Shown: positions 10,178 through 20,602 of the stretch, one piece after another
How the letters are laid out: each line of letters opens with the position of its first letter
Position numbering within the stretch: position 1 is the first letter of the stretch
Source of the DNA: Paraphysomonas bandaiensis
Lineage: Eukaryota > Protista > Chrysophyceae
Direction of reading: 5' to 3'
NCBI GenBank assembly: GCA_965644295.1
Contig: CBFFRP010000566.1
Location: 1-54,312, forward strand
Length of the DNA stretch: 54,312 nt
Notes under the pieces: generated by a model
Told to the model about the DNA's origin: nothing
Seen by the model: only the letters and a program-made list of their open reading frames with translations
Database searches by the model: none
Translations under genes and position numbers: made by a program

Positions 10178-10972
10178 ATGGATTTAGTGGCAAAAGGGAC
10201 GCGGCATGAGCATACCGAGAAGGAACAGCTTATAGTAGATAACTTTCCATATCGGCCGCTGATAGGTGCATTACTATATCTATCGATGAACACGAGGCCG
10301 GATATTGCCTATGCAGTGGGAGTACTGTCTCGGTTCAGTAATAAGGTGAATATTGAAGTATGCAAGCTATTAACACACGTATGGCAATATATTCGTGGTT
10401 CTATTGACAAAGGGATTCAATATGGGAGTAGACGGTTCGACTTCCATATGTTTACTGACGCGGATTGGGCGGGAGACCAGATCTCCAGGAAGTCCACGTC
10501 GGGGTACGTTGGGTTTGCAGCGGGAGGGCCTATAGTCTGGCAGTCCAAACTGCAGACGACAGTGGCAACGTCAAGCATGCAGTCTGAGTATCAATGTATT
10601 TACTCGGGTCTCCAAGAAGTGCTATGGGTTCGGGGGGAGACGGGTGAGATTAAGTTGAGGCTCATCAAACCCACACCATTCTTCATCGACAGTCAGAGTG
10701 CCCAGGATTTGGCCGAAAACCCAGTGTTTCACAAGAAGTCGAAGCACATTGAGATTAAGTATCACATGGTGAGAGAGCACGTGGATCCCAATCAGTTCAA
10801 TACGATTAAGTTAGTGCATGTGCATACATCGCAACAAGCAGCAGATATTTATACAAAGTCATTGGTTGGTTTATCATATATGGAGCAGAGAAAGAGAAAT
10901 CTTGGAGAGAAAATTAAGAGTTCCACTGAAGTGATTAATGAGGGACCAAGGGATAAAAGAAGACGCAAGTAG
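10178..10972 (+). pseudogene. pol: 3' remnant of a Ty1/Copia pol (RT C-terminus + RNase H), truncated by the LINE
   Basis: YRPLIGALLYLSMNTRPDIAYAV, FTDADWAGD, RKSTSG, SSMQSEY, IDSQSA, KHIEIKYH, ADIYTK are canonical Copia RT-tether/RNase H motifs. Confidence 0.9.
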
Positions 10973-11087
10973 GTACTGAGTTTTTTAGACAGAGGTTTAG
11001 ACTTAGAGATGAGTCTATTTTACTGTCAAGAATTTTTTTATCTCAGGCATTCAATAGCTGGGAGGCGTCATAGTACAACACTCAATT

Positions 11088-11096
11088 GAGGGGGAG
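11088..11096 (+). promoter_or_regulatory. Polypurine tract of the Copia remnant
   Basis: GAGGGGGAG lies immediately before TGTTGAG (11097), downstream of the pol stop. Confidence 0.75.
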
Positions 11097-11469
11097 TGTT
11101 GAGATCTGAAGATTCTATATACTTGCAATTGAGTGCAGTATTATGTGAGATGCAAGGATCGAAAGATATATATATATGTAATTAGTACATTATATTGTGT
11201 AGTATGAAACTGAAGTAGAAGTGGGTGACTATACAGGATACGATCACTGAGTGTGTGGTTTGTACACTATAGTAGTAAATGAATGGTGTTGAACACATCG
11301 AACACAACTTAGGTTCTTTATCATGTAATGTTTATAATTTTCATCTTATCATTGAGAATAGTAAACCTTAGCAAATAATGTCAACTTCTGTTAGATTAAA
11401 GCAAGGCAGAGTAAAGCAACCTTGGGTTTAAGCACTTAAAACTCTCGTACCTCTAAGCGCTAAGCAACA
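11097..11469 (+). repeat. 3' LTR of the Copia remnant (right end uncertain)
   Basis: Starts TGTTG after the PPT. A CAACA at 11465-11469 is a candidate end. Segment ~11280-11394 recurs at ~31678-31797. Confidence 0.55.
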
Positions 11470-11799
11470 CATCGCCATTAAAAGCAAAAAGCAGGGGGCA
11501 GAAGGGAGATTATTTAATATTAAGGGTCCGGGCGGATTCCGGATAATACCTATTATGTATGCATGAGAGAAGTAGCTAGTGCGTAGTACAAAGTTGCTTA
11601 TTAGTTGACTCACAAGAGTTGTGTATACCATATAATATAACCTGCTATTCTTACGTGTGACAGTATTGAGTAGACAACGTCACTAGCATGATAGATATGA
11701 GATACACATATACAGGTCACTGTGGACCCCTCAGCCGCAGGCAGGCAGGTGCACTTGCTGTGATGATGATGGCACAAGACTTGAAAGTCACCAATACTG

Positions 11800-13479
11800 C
11801 TATAGTTCCTTCTCATTCGCGAAATCGCTCGAATAATCTGTGGGAATATGCCAGACTTCATAACCATTTTCCAGCGCCGCATTCATTAGGATCTTCTTGT
11901 CGTCCTCGGCTACTTCGAATCGTGCGCTTTGTGCCAGCGACGGCAATGGGATGAGAACTAACCTCAGCAGCGATACCTTGTCGACGGGAAGTTTAATCTT
12001 GTCCAATAACTGCTTCAAAGCACTCCCCTTGATAATCTTCTTTGGGGACTTGTTTCTGGTGACCTGAAACATAACCAATTCCCCCTGCTCCGTCTTGTAC
12101 ATGTATTCAGCCAATGGAAAGGTCGGATTCGAAGACACGTAGAGCACCAGTGGCCGCATTTCCTCGAACGGAGGAGGGTGCAGCTTAACCGCTTCATTCA
12201 ACCTCAACGAGAAATCGGACCATTCACTTACTTTCCCCTCTGAGCTGGCCATCACTTCCCGTTTTCTCCATCGCACGCCAAGAGCAGATGTCAATTGATC
12301 CGCAATGACACTTTCATAGATCTTAGCAGATGCATCCGCCATAAATCCTGTCTCGTCATTTCGAATCAGCGCTGATCTCCTGTCGTCCAGAGAGCTCTTG
12401 TTAAGCTTATCTTGAACTTTAGATGCGACGGATTCGTTCACGAAGTTCAAGCGATATCTGCGAAAGGGGGATTTGCCGTCCCTCTCCACGTCATATTGCA
12501 TGATGAAATGACTGACGTCCGCTCTCTCCACATTGCCGGAGACCAGGAGTGCATGTGCATTACACGAAGCAAGTGCCTCGGACTGACTACTTTGACACAA
12601 ATCAAGGTAATCGAGAGATACCGGCAGCACATGGCGGAAAATACCCCCAAATTGGTGAAAGCGCTTCGTGATCTGCACAGAAGAATACTCCGGCTGCAGC
12701 AACTTCGGCACATGCCCGTTCTCCAGCAAATACTTCCCAATCGCAAGCAACTCCGGAAGAGTGAAAACAGGCATGTACAGTGCTGCTCCTCCGTTCTTGC
12801 AGAATTCCTTATATCGGGCCGGATTCGGAGATACGGTGGCCAAAGTGGGAATGCGAAGGTCTTCACTATAAGGTTCCGCCACAGATTTCCCAGGTTCCAT
12901 CAAATATAATGACGTTTCTGGATCAAAACAGTCTAGAAGTGAATCTAGACAACCAACAACTCTCTCTGCTTGGCGATTAGCAATGTCGAATATTGTCATT
13001 CGCTTAGTGCCCTCCTGGCGGATGACTATCTTCGGCGGGGTGGTGGAGTCGTAGCAGTCAGGTGGAAGGGGCCCGAACAAAGAAGGATTCAGTATTCGAG
13101 CCAGGTAATAATACTGGAAAAAGGATTTGCCAATCCCAGGGTTTCCAATGAGAACACTTCTGTCTCTCCCCCTTATTTCTCTCAACAAGTCAGGATAAAA
13201 CTCCCTTACAAACAACTTCTGTGGGCCCAAGCATTTCCATGGCACTCCCAACTTGTTATCAATATGAATTACATCGATGCCATCCCCAATGGGATCAACT
13301 CGACAGTTCGCCAAGCCCTCGAGGAAATCGGACCTGTTCTTGTCTCTTTTCGGTCCAAAGTCAAAGTACGTTTCTTTGTCCTCGATGAGGTTAGTGTCAA
13401 TGGAAAGAAATCGACAAGACTTTTTGCGTCGACAAGCTAATGCCAGCGTACTGCACGGGGTGGTTCTGAGCTTCATCAT
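11800..13479 (-). CDS. Crinkler/RHS (CR)-type protein: P-loop NTPase + C-terminal restriction-endonuclease-fold domain
   Basis: KLFVREFY, Walker A LIGNPGIGKS, TVSPNPARYKEF, LYMPVFTLPEL and GGIFRH are typical of CR-NTPases. The C-terminal PTFPLAE...LVMFQVT resembles the CR REase motif. 559 aa, intronless. Confidence 0.75.
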   Translation of the reverse strand: MMKLRTTPCSTLALACRRKKSCRFLSIDTNLIEDKETYFDFGPKRDKNRSDFLEGLANCRVDPIGDGIDVIHIDNKLGVPWKCLGPQKLFVREFYPDLLREIRGRDRSVLIGNPGIGKSFFQYYYLARILNPSLFGPLPPDCYDSTTPPKIVIRQEGTKRMTIFDIANRQAERVVGCLDSLLDCFDPETSLYLMEPGKSVAEPYSEDLRIPTLATVSPNPARYKEFCKNGGAALYMPVFTLPELLAIGKYLLENGHVPKLLQPEYSSVQITKRFHQFGGIFRHVLPVSLDYLDLCQSSQSEALASCNAHALLVSGNVERADVSHFIMQYDVERDGKSPFRRYRLNFVNESVASKVQDKLNKSSLDDRRSALIRNDETGFMADASAKIYESVIADQLTSALGVRWRKREVMASSEGKVSEWSDFSLRLNEAVKLHPPPFEEMRPLVLYVSSNPTFPLAEYMYKTEQGELVMFQVTRNKSPKKIIKGSALKQLLDKIKLPVDKVSLLRLVLIPLPSLAQSARFEVAEDDKKILMNAALENGYEVWHIPTDYSSDFANEKEL

Positions 13480-13883
13480 TCGGCTCGCATTGTTCAGTAG
13501 ATGGATGTTTGTTTCTTCTGTTGATGAGATAGAACATAAAAATGTTGTTGTGGTCCGTCGTATCGGCAGTCAGCATCTTATTTTTTTCGGAAATAAATTG
13601 AAGCAAAAAGCTTCTATATTACTGATATATAACTACGGCTGGAATACAGATAATTGTTGTCTCAATATTAGAGGCATATACAGATAGATGATGCCGATAC
13701 GGTGAAAAGAATTCTAAATGGCTGTATACGGGATAGATATACACGATGGTATAGATGGAGTCGGAGTGGAGGCTCTGCACTCATGCTCCATACGAACACA
13801 ATACAAAAAAAGAAGTTGTCGAAAAACGTCTCCATGGTATACTGCTGTATACACAATCGTTAACCACACCTGCACTCATGTAT

Positions 13884-14239
13884 CGTAGAGAAATACGTAC
13901 TTGGATCGAAAATACAACACTGATACTACAGATCAATCAAACACTCACGGATCCAGTTCGCCCGTTGTCCTCCGTTCAAACTACACTACAGGTAGGCAAA
14001 AGACAAGTCTCTTTGCAAATACTACAGAAATCGTTAGTGATAGGAAATTATGGTGTCTCCCTACAACACAACAATACTACAGCTGATCATGTTCTACTGT
14101 ACACTCTCACTCGTATCCTACAGAGTCACACATGTACAATAACTGAAAACATAATCACTGTGACAAAAACGAATGTGCTCGTTGACTTTCATTTCCATCA
14201 CTCGAAGACTTCTATACCGAATCATCATTTAGCTCTACG
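13884..14239 (-). repeat. 3' LTR of Copia element (CGTAGAG...CTCTACG)
   Basis: Direct repeat of 18626-18981. Preceded on the minus strand by a short purine-rich tract ACAGGGGTG. The ORF stop lies inside this LTR. Confidence 0.95.
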
Positions 14240-17200
14240 CACCCCTGTGGCATATGTATTGTTTCCCACGATACCACATGTCATAAACTTGTACAGAGTA
14301 CCTTGGAGGGGCTTCGTCAATGCATCAGCCAGCATCATCTTTGTGGGTAAGTACTCCAATTGAATGCTTCCTTCATCTGCCCTTTCCTTGATGAATTCAC
14401 GCCTCACTCGCAGGTATTTTGTACGATATTTGCCTCCGCCTTTCGTTACAAGAGATAGAGTCGAGGTATTGTCTTGCAACACTCGAGGTGCGTCAATACT
14501 GTATCCTTGTTCCTTTATGAATTCTGCACATTGCACAATCATCATTAACATATCTGATAGACCTACCAACTCTGATTCCGTCGAGTCACGTGTCACAATG
14601 CGCTGTTTCGACGATTTGCAGAGTACTGTTGCATCCCCCACCTTTACGACCAGACCCGAATGACCCTTTCCATCGTCATGAGTCCCAAATGCCGCATCGA
14701 CGTATCCAGTAACGGTAAGATTCTTTCCAATGCACAGCAACAAGTCCTGCCCCTTAGTCGCGTTCAGGTAGCGGGTCACCCTGCCAAGTTTCTCCATGTC
14801 AGCATGCGTCGGATTCTTGACTCTCGTGCTAAGGTAAGCGACTGCAAGCAGTATGTCTGGTCTAACCCTTTTGGCCAGGTACAGCAACTGAGCCACCATC
14901 TTGTGAAACTTCCTTCTATCACTCTTACTAGTGGGTTTGTCCATGGTGTTCTTAAATAGAGTAGCTGTAGCAGGTGATGTAGCAGTTCCTGTCATTCCGT
15001 GTTCTCGTAGAAAATTCTCGATGTACGATCTCATGGACACTGTCACCATTTCTCCCTCTGCTCTAATGTGCATTCCGAGATATGACAGATCTTTCCCATT
15101 GTCGTGCTTTACATCCCCAAACTTCTCTTTCAGTTTCTTAAGCAACTCTAGGTAGTCGCCCTTATGGCTTGACATGACCAGTATGTCATCCACGAATATC
15201 ACCACTGTACACTTTCGCCCGCCAGCTACTTTGTTCATTACACATGGGTCGACCGCGTTGTGCTCGAATCCCAAACTTCTCAAATATCCTGTAAGCGTGT
15301 CGTACCAGAGTTTCGCACTCTGGATGCACCCGTATAGCGCCTTGTCCAGCCGCACTAGTAGTTTACCAGTCTCATCAACATACGGTGATACTTCAGGAGC
15401 CACTTTCTTCAATATCGTCGTTAACATTGGCTCTAATTCCATTATGACTTCTTCGCCAGACATCTCGGCGTTCAGGTAAGCGCCTCCTATATCCATGGTA
15501 CCTATGTGACGTCCCTCTTTAGCAGCTATCGCCAGACACATCATAATCGACTGCATCGCTGCTGTTGGTGACGATGTGTCTACGTACACCTTCCTATCTT
15601 GTTGTGCGCCATTAGCTACCAGTCTTGCTTTTATCTTTTCGAAGCGCCCTAAGCCATCATACTTAGTCTTGAGAAACATCAGAGATCGAATAGCTCTCTT
15701 CAACTGTGTTGCCGATAAGTCTTTGCGGTGTACTGGACGCATAGCCTTCTTGTCATGCAAAAGTTGTTTCAGCTCCGATATGATAGCGTTATATGCCGGT
15801 GGACCATACTCACGCAGTCCCTTCATCGCACTCGTGTGAAAGGCCCTGTACTCTACTGGTTTCGACTTCGCATCCGGCGACCTGTCGTTCTCAACGCCTG
15901 TCTCGTCACTGCTTGTAATGCTGCTGCCGGACTTTATAGTTGGGACATCGTCATCCAGCTCCTCATCAACAAGTTCTGGCACTTCACCTTCATTATCACC
16001 GTCATCTCCCAGTGGGTCTCCGCTATGCTCTTCATCAACCACAGTAGTAGATACATCTTCCACTATTGTTTCTGCAACTGGAGTCTGTTTAACGTCCTCT
16101 GGCGTACTCTCCTTCATGTCTTCGCCTTTCTGCTGCTCTTCTGCTTCTATCGACTGTAGGAGTGGGTTCGGAATCTGACTCTTCCTAGTCGTATCACCCA
16201 TCTTCGCCATCTGATTCATCGCATCAATTATGAGCTGTGTTGTCTTCATTTTCACCCAGTGTGTCCTTCTCACTCGCTTGTGTGTCTTCGCATTCATGAA
16301 AAACCAGCTACCGTTGGCATTTCCAGTAGGGTACAATGCAATACACGGCTCAGTGCGACTTTGCTCGGCATCGTTGCTTCGCACCTTTGGGTTGTAGCAC
16401 TCCACGTAGTCACCAAATGCTAGCTCTAGTTCCTTTCGGTAGTTAGGCTTTCTCCCAGTGAACGCTACTCGTGGCGCTACTATGGATGTGCCTGTAGACG
16501 GCCTTCTGATATTTAGGCGACTGTTTGAGTACTTCACCAGATCTCTGACCATGTTATCAGGCAGTGACCAGGGTAATCCTGCCTGCACAGATCTAATAGT
16601 CTCTTTCAGTCTCCGGATCTTGAGATCTACCTTGTCCATGTGATCCCCTGCTCCACACACATCCACTTCCACCCCTGTAATCTGTCCTCTGAGGGGTTGG
16701 AAACCAGGCTGCGGATCCAGATAGGCTACAGTTGGTGCGAAACCATGACTTCTTAGTAGAGATACTTGCTCCTGAAAAGCTAGACCTAGATCATCAGTCT
16801 TCTCACTAGCTACCGGAGATACAAGAGTCAACCCCAGTGGCTCGGACAGTGTTATCAGGAACGGTTGTTTTCTCACACTGAATATATCGGTATACAAACG
16901 TTGCGGCTTGGGCTGATCTGCTTTGATTCCCACGTCCACGTACTGCCTACCGCTCTTACGTTTAGTGGTCTTCCCCCTAACCGCTTCATAAGGCTTCCCG
17001 TATATGTCGAAAGCTCGCCTCACGTCTTGCGCCGTCAACGGCACGTCTGTTACATTTCCGTCGCTCACAAGGTTCATGGCTCCCTGCTCTGAGTCGAAAC
17101 CCGCGTTCCGTACAAGTTCCAGCGCCCTCCGAGCTCTCACCACTTCGCTTTTAGTGTATTCTTGTTCTTTCATTCTTGTTGTCGTAATATTTACCCTGCC

Positions 17201-18613
17201 TTGTGTCACCCAATCCCTCATATCAGCTATATACATTTTGTTCCGTCTGTAGAACACTAGCTCTCTATTAGGTAGACACACCGTGTATGACACTCCTGGC
17301 TCATACACAATAGGGTACAGATCTTCGACATCAGCTTGGCACAACACACTGACTCGTAGGTTGTCGGCAGTTTTACATGTGAAAAATTGTGGCAGCTCTC
17401 CCACATTGGGCAGTTCTACTGCGTGACCAGACAAGCCAGCTACTTTACACTTACGATCGGCAGGTCTCACATCTGTCAGTAGCCACGGGTGCACAACGGA
17501 CACATCCGCCTGATTGTCTAGTAGAACTTCGTACCATTCGAAACGCTCTCCTCCCGATGTGAACGCATTCTGCATAGTCACTGAGCATTGTTTCTCCTCT
17601 GGTTCGACGTTCTCTTGACACTGGTTTAGCTTGTGTCCAGTCTTTCCACAACCCCAACATACAATAGGGCCTCTATGCTTTCGCACGCCTCCTTTCGACT
17701 CGTCGGTCCCATTCGACTTCGTCTTGTCATCAGCATCACCTGTGCGACGCTGTTGTTTAGTCGAGGTGTCCTTCCTGCTCACAAACGCAACACCACCATT
17801 AGGTTTCGCTCCTCTCTTCGGGGTGATATACTTCGAAGCTTTAGTGTAGATCTCGTTCACGTGCTTGGGTGGCTTCTGGGTACCCATCATTAAGTCGTTC
17901 ATAAAACTGGTCTTAAACTCCTCATATCTGGTGTCGTCCAGACCCCTGAAGAAGTCCATAGCTATATCTTCTTCTTCCATCTTCGGATTCTCCATATCAT
18001 TGTACGCTTCCAAAAGAAAATCGAAACGCTCCTTATAGGCCACGATACTCTCAAATGGACCCTGACGCACGTCTTGGTACTTCTTTCTCGTCTCTGCACG
18101 CATGATGGTCCCTACATTGGAGTTCGTCGCTGTTTTGTGAGTCTGCTTGATAGCAAGCCACAACAGTAGAGGGTCCTTGGAGGAGTTAATCTCTTCGTAT
18201 TCCTCCAATTGCTTAATCGCGTCCACGGACTCGTTGCTCAGTCTGTCATACATGAACGCATAGAAAGCTGATCGGTTGTCACGCATTTGGTCAATCTTCC
18301 TTTGGCGTGTCTTTCTCGCATCCTTAAGCTCTTCCAGGTTCAGACCGTGGGGGTCATTATCAAGATCGTAGTCCTCGATCTTTATCTTGGGTGGCTCATA
18401 ATACTCATCGGTCTCCACGAGCCTCGCTAGGTCACCAAATAGCATCATGGCGGCCACTGTGAGCTTCTGCTTAAATACCGCCAGGTTGGTGTTCGTCCCA
18501 TACTTCAGAATCGGCACCGTTGGGGTCAATGCCTCTGCCCCTTGGCCCCTGGACCGCTGGTCCAACGCCTTGTTCCTAAACTTCTTGAGCTTCTCGTTGC
18601 TCGACTTCTTCAT
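14225..18613 (-). CDS. pol: Copia gag-pol polyprotein (Gag, CCHC knuckle, protease, integrase, RT, RNase H)
   Basis: CWGCGKTGHKLNQC; protease LLDNQADVSV; integrase LYTD...YLD...VDLKIRRLKE; RT KARLVANG, DIGGAYL, KALYG, FVDDIL; RNase H YVDAAF, STESE, QDN, ADALTKP. Order IN-RT-RH identifies it as Copia. Confidence 0.95.
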   Translation of the reverse strand: MKKSSNEKLKKFRNKALDQRSRGQGAEALTPTVPILKYGTNTNLAVFKQKLTVAAMMLFGDLARLVETDEYYEPPKIKIEDYDLDNDPHGLNLEELKDARKTRQRKIDQMRDNRSAFYAFMYDRLSNESVDAIKQLEEYEEINSSKDPLLLWLAIKQTHKTATNSNVGTIMRAETRKKYQDVRQGPFESIVAYKERFDFLLEAYNDMENPKMEEEDIAMDFFRGLDDTRYEEFKTSFMNDLMMGTQKPPKHVNEIYTKASKYITPKRGAKPNGGVAFVSRKDTSTKQQRRTGDADDKTKSNGTDESKGGVRKHRGPIVCWGCGKTGHKLNQCQENVEPEEKQCSVTMQNAFTSGGERFEWYEVLLDNQADVSVVHPWLLTDVRPADRKCKVAGLSGHAVELPNVGELPQFFTCKTADNLRVSVLCQADVEDLYPIVYEPGVSYTVCLPNRELVFYRRNKMYIADMRDWVTQGRVNITTTRMKEQEYTKSEVVRARRALELVRNAGFDSEQGAMNLVSDGNVTDVPLTAQDVRRAFDIYGKPYEAVRGKTTKRKSGRQYVDVGIKADQPKPQRLYTDIFSVRKQPFLITLSEPLGLTLVSPVASEKTDDLGLAFQEQVSLLRSHGFAPTVAYLDPQPGFQPLRGQITGVEVDVCGAGDHMDKVDLKIRRLKETIRSVQAGLPWSLPDNMVRDLVKYSNSRLNIRRPSTGTSIVAPRVAFTGRKPNYRKELELAFGDYVECYNPKVRSNDAEQSRTEPCIALYPTGNANGSWFFMNAKTHKRVRRTHWVKMKTTQLIIDAMNQMAKMGDTTRKSQIPNPLLQSIEAEEQQKGEDMKESTPEDVKQTPVAETIVEDVSTTVVDEEHSGDPLGDDGDNEGEVPELVDEELDDDVPTIKSGSSITSSDETGVENDRSPDAKSKPVEYRAFHTSAMKGLREYGPPAYNAIISELKQLLHDKKAMRPVHRKDLSATQLKRAIRSLMFLKTKYDGLGRFEKIKARLVANGAQQDRKVYVDTSSPTAAMQSIMMCLAIAAKEGRHIGTMDIGGAYLNAEMSGEEVIMELEPMLTTILKKVAPEVSPYVDETGKLLVRLDKALYGCIQSAKLWYDTLTGYLRSLGFEHNAVDPCVMNKVAGGRKCTVVIFVDDILVMSSHKGDYLELLKKLKEKFGDVKHDNGKDLSYLGMHIRAEGEMVTVSMRSYIENFLREHGMTGTATSPATATLFKNTMDKPTSKSDRRKFHKMVAQLLYLAKRVRPDILLAVAYLSTRVKNPTHADMEKLGRVTRYLNATKGQDLLLCIGKNLTVTGYVDAAFGTHDDGKGHSGLVVKVGDATVLCKSSKQRIVTRDSTESELVGLSDMLMMIVQCAEFIKEQGYSIDAPRVLQDNTSTLSLVTKGGGKYRTKYLRVRREFIKERADEGSIQLEYLPTKMMLADALTKPLQGTLYKFMTCGIVGNNTYATGVRRAK

Positions 18614-18625
18614 AATTTCCTATCA

Positions 18626-18981
18626 CGTAGAGAAATACGTACTTGGATCGAAAATACAACACTGATACTACAGATCAATCAAACACTCACGGATCCAGTT
18701 CGCCCGTTGTCCTCCGTTCAAACTACACTACAGGTAGGCAAAAGACAAGTCTCTTTGCAAATACTACAGAAATCGTTAGTGATAGGAAATTATGGTGTCT
18801 CCCTACAACACAATAATACTACAGCTGATCATGTTCTACTGTACACTCTCACTCGTATCCTACAGAGTCACACATGTACAATAACTGAAAACATAATCAC
18901 TGTGACAAAAACGAATGTGCACGTTGACTTTCATTTCCATCACTCGAAGACTTCTATACCGAATCATCATTTAGCTCTACG
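18626..18981 (-). repeat. 5' LTR of Copia element
   Basis: Direct repeat of 13884-14239, flanked by TSD TGTAT. Confidence 0.95.
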
Positions 18982-19210
18982 TGTATCATAGTCACACGCG
19001 TTCTTAACAAAAAAAAACCTACCCACAAATCCTACCTTTTTCAAAACCTCGGTGGTGAGGTTTTGGGTTTTCGTTTTGCACCGTACTAACAAAAAAATCC
19101 TACCCATAAACCAGAGGATTTCGAAAACCTCTGCATTCGTCCACCAGGTTTGAATATTTAAACAGTGTACTATAGAATTACTCGATAAATCATTATTATT
19201 CGATAATATA

Positions 19211-20602
19211 ATGTTAGCAATGGACACTTCTTCAGTTTCTGATGACATGGACGTGTCTGTTGCCCCTCCAGAGGAAGCAGATATTGATGATAGCGAGTCA
19301 CCAACTCATGGAACTATTGAAGCTGACGAGGCTGACGCCTTCATAATTGACACCACAGACTTGAGTGAAGTTGTGACATATGTGCGGAAGGTTCATGCTT
19401 TAGAAGTAAATTGCGGTAACGATTTCTTGAAGTGTATTGAGACTTTGCCAAGAACCAATGCGAAAACTGGAAGATCGAATACCACTGTGAGAGTGCTGAA
19501 GGCCTTGAAGGCCCTAAAAGTACTACCTGATACCTTCAAGAAGGCAGCTTCGAAATTCAACAGGGAAGACAAGAAGCGCTTCGAAGAGGGATTGTTTATT
19601 GCTGTTGGGAATGCGGCTCAGTTGAAGACACTACAGTTTGCAGTGCTCACCCCATTCACTGAAATGATCAGGGATCACGACCGTGATCATGATGTGACCG
19701 TGGACAACACTCTGTCGAATAAGATTGCCTTACTGGCATGGCTGTTAGTAGCTCCCGAAGCCACTGAATATTGGACAAAATTAGGGGCTGGCGCACCGAA
19801 TAGTGGAGACACTCCCGCATTTCTGGAACAAACTGATGGCGTTTCCGGATGGAGAGTAAGCATTGGAGAGAAGCTTATGTCAATCGGGAACTGTATAAAA
19901 GAAGATGTTGACAAGAGTATTTTCAGCGAAGAGAGGTTAGGTTACGAAGCCTCTATAGCAATGGCAAATTTCGATCCATCCGTTGCCGAATTTACAAATG
20001 CTAAGGAACTGCTTCAGTTAAAGACACGTTACGTTAACCTCCATGACACCTTGCTTCAAAACTTAGATGCATCCGGATCAGCTGCTCCGGAAGGATCTTC
20101 TGAAAGAAGAATAAAGTGCTTTGATAATTTCATAGGGTCACATGGCAGAGCTAAGAATCTTCCTTTATTCTACTGCTTCGTGGTATGGGAGTTCAAAGCG
20201 ACGCATTTCAGAAGCAGAAGACTTGATGACAGCATATCACGATGCTCGTCTACCCCCTCTAGACAGCACGGGACGCCATCAACACCGGCCTCCAAGGGTG
20301 ACAACCAGGTTAATAAGAGCGATATAAACAGAATCCTCGGTTTGAAGAAAGTGTTAGAAGCTGAAGATAAAAAGTTAAACCCTGAAGAGATTGAAAAAAG
20401 GCAAGAATTTGCTGAAAAGAAGATGCGGCTGATGGATACACAAATGGAATCTGCCTTGTGTCGGGTACGTTACTTTAATAAACAAACAGATGTGGCTACC
20501 TTTCAGTGTCTTGACAAAGCGATACATTCGGAATACTTCAATAGCTTGCCTCATGACGAGCAGGAGAAGATAAGAAGCAAATGGTTGAACGCTTTGCTGT
20601 AG
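19211..20602 (+). CDS. Harbinger second (accessory, putative DNA-binding) protein
   Basis: Intact 463-aa ORF between the TIRs, convergent with the transposase. Acidic N-terminus and coiled-coil-like C-terminus. No Myb/SANT motif recognised by eye. Confidence 0.6.
   Translation: MLAMDTSSVSDDMDVSVAPPEEADIDDSESPTHGTIEADEADAFIIDTTDLSEVVTYVRKVHALEVNCGNDFLKCIETLPRTNAKTGRSNTTVRVLKALKALKVLPDTFKKAASKFNREDKKRFEEGLFIAVGNAAQLKTLQFAVLTPFTEMIRDHDRDHDVTVDNTLSNKIALLAWLLVAPEATEYWTKLGAGAPNSGDTPAFLEQTDGVSGWRVSIGEKLMSIGNCIKEDVDKSIFSEERLGYEASIAMANFDPSVAEFTNAKELLQLKTRYVNLHDTLLQNLDASGSAAPEGSSERRIKCFDNFIGSHGRAKNLPLFYCFVVWEFKATHFRSRRLDDSISRCSSTPSRQHGTPSTPASKGDNQVNKSDINRILGLKKVLEAEDKKLNPEEIEKRQEFAEKKMRLMDTQMESALCRVRYFNKQTDVATFQCLDKAIHSEYFNSLPHDEQEKIRSKWLNALL

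Larger units (their letters stand above)
13884..18981 (-). mobile_element. Full-length Ty1/Copia LTR retrotransposon (CoDi-like), young
   Basis: Two 356-bp LTRs (13884-14239, 18626-18981) differ at only 2 positions by eye. 5-bp TSD TGTAT at 13879-13883 and 18982-18986. Single intact gag-pol ORF. Confidence 0.95.

Noticed and set aside
13755-14363. Duplicated + strand ORFs (13755-14363, 18542-18991)
   Set aside because: They are antisense readings through the two Copia LTRs, which explains their identity.
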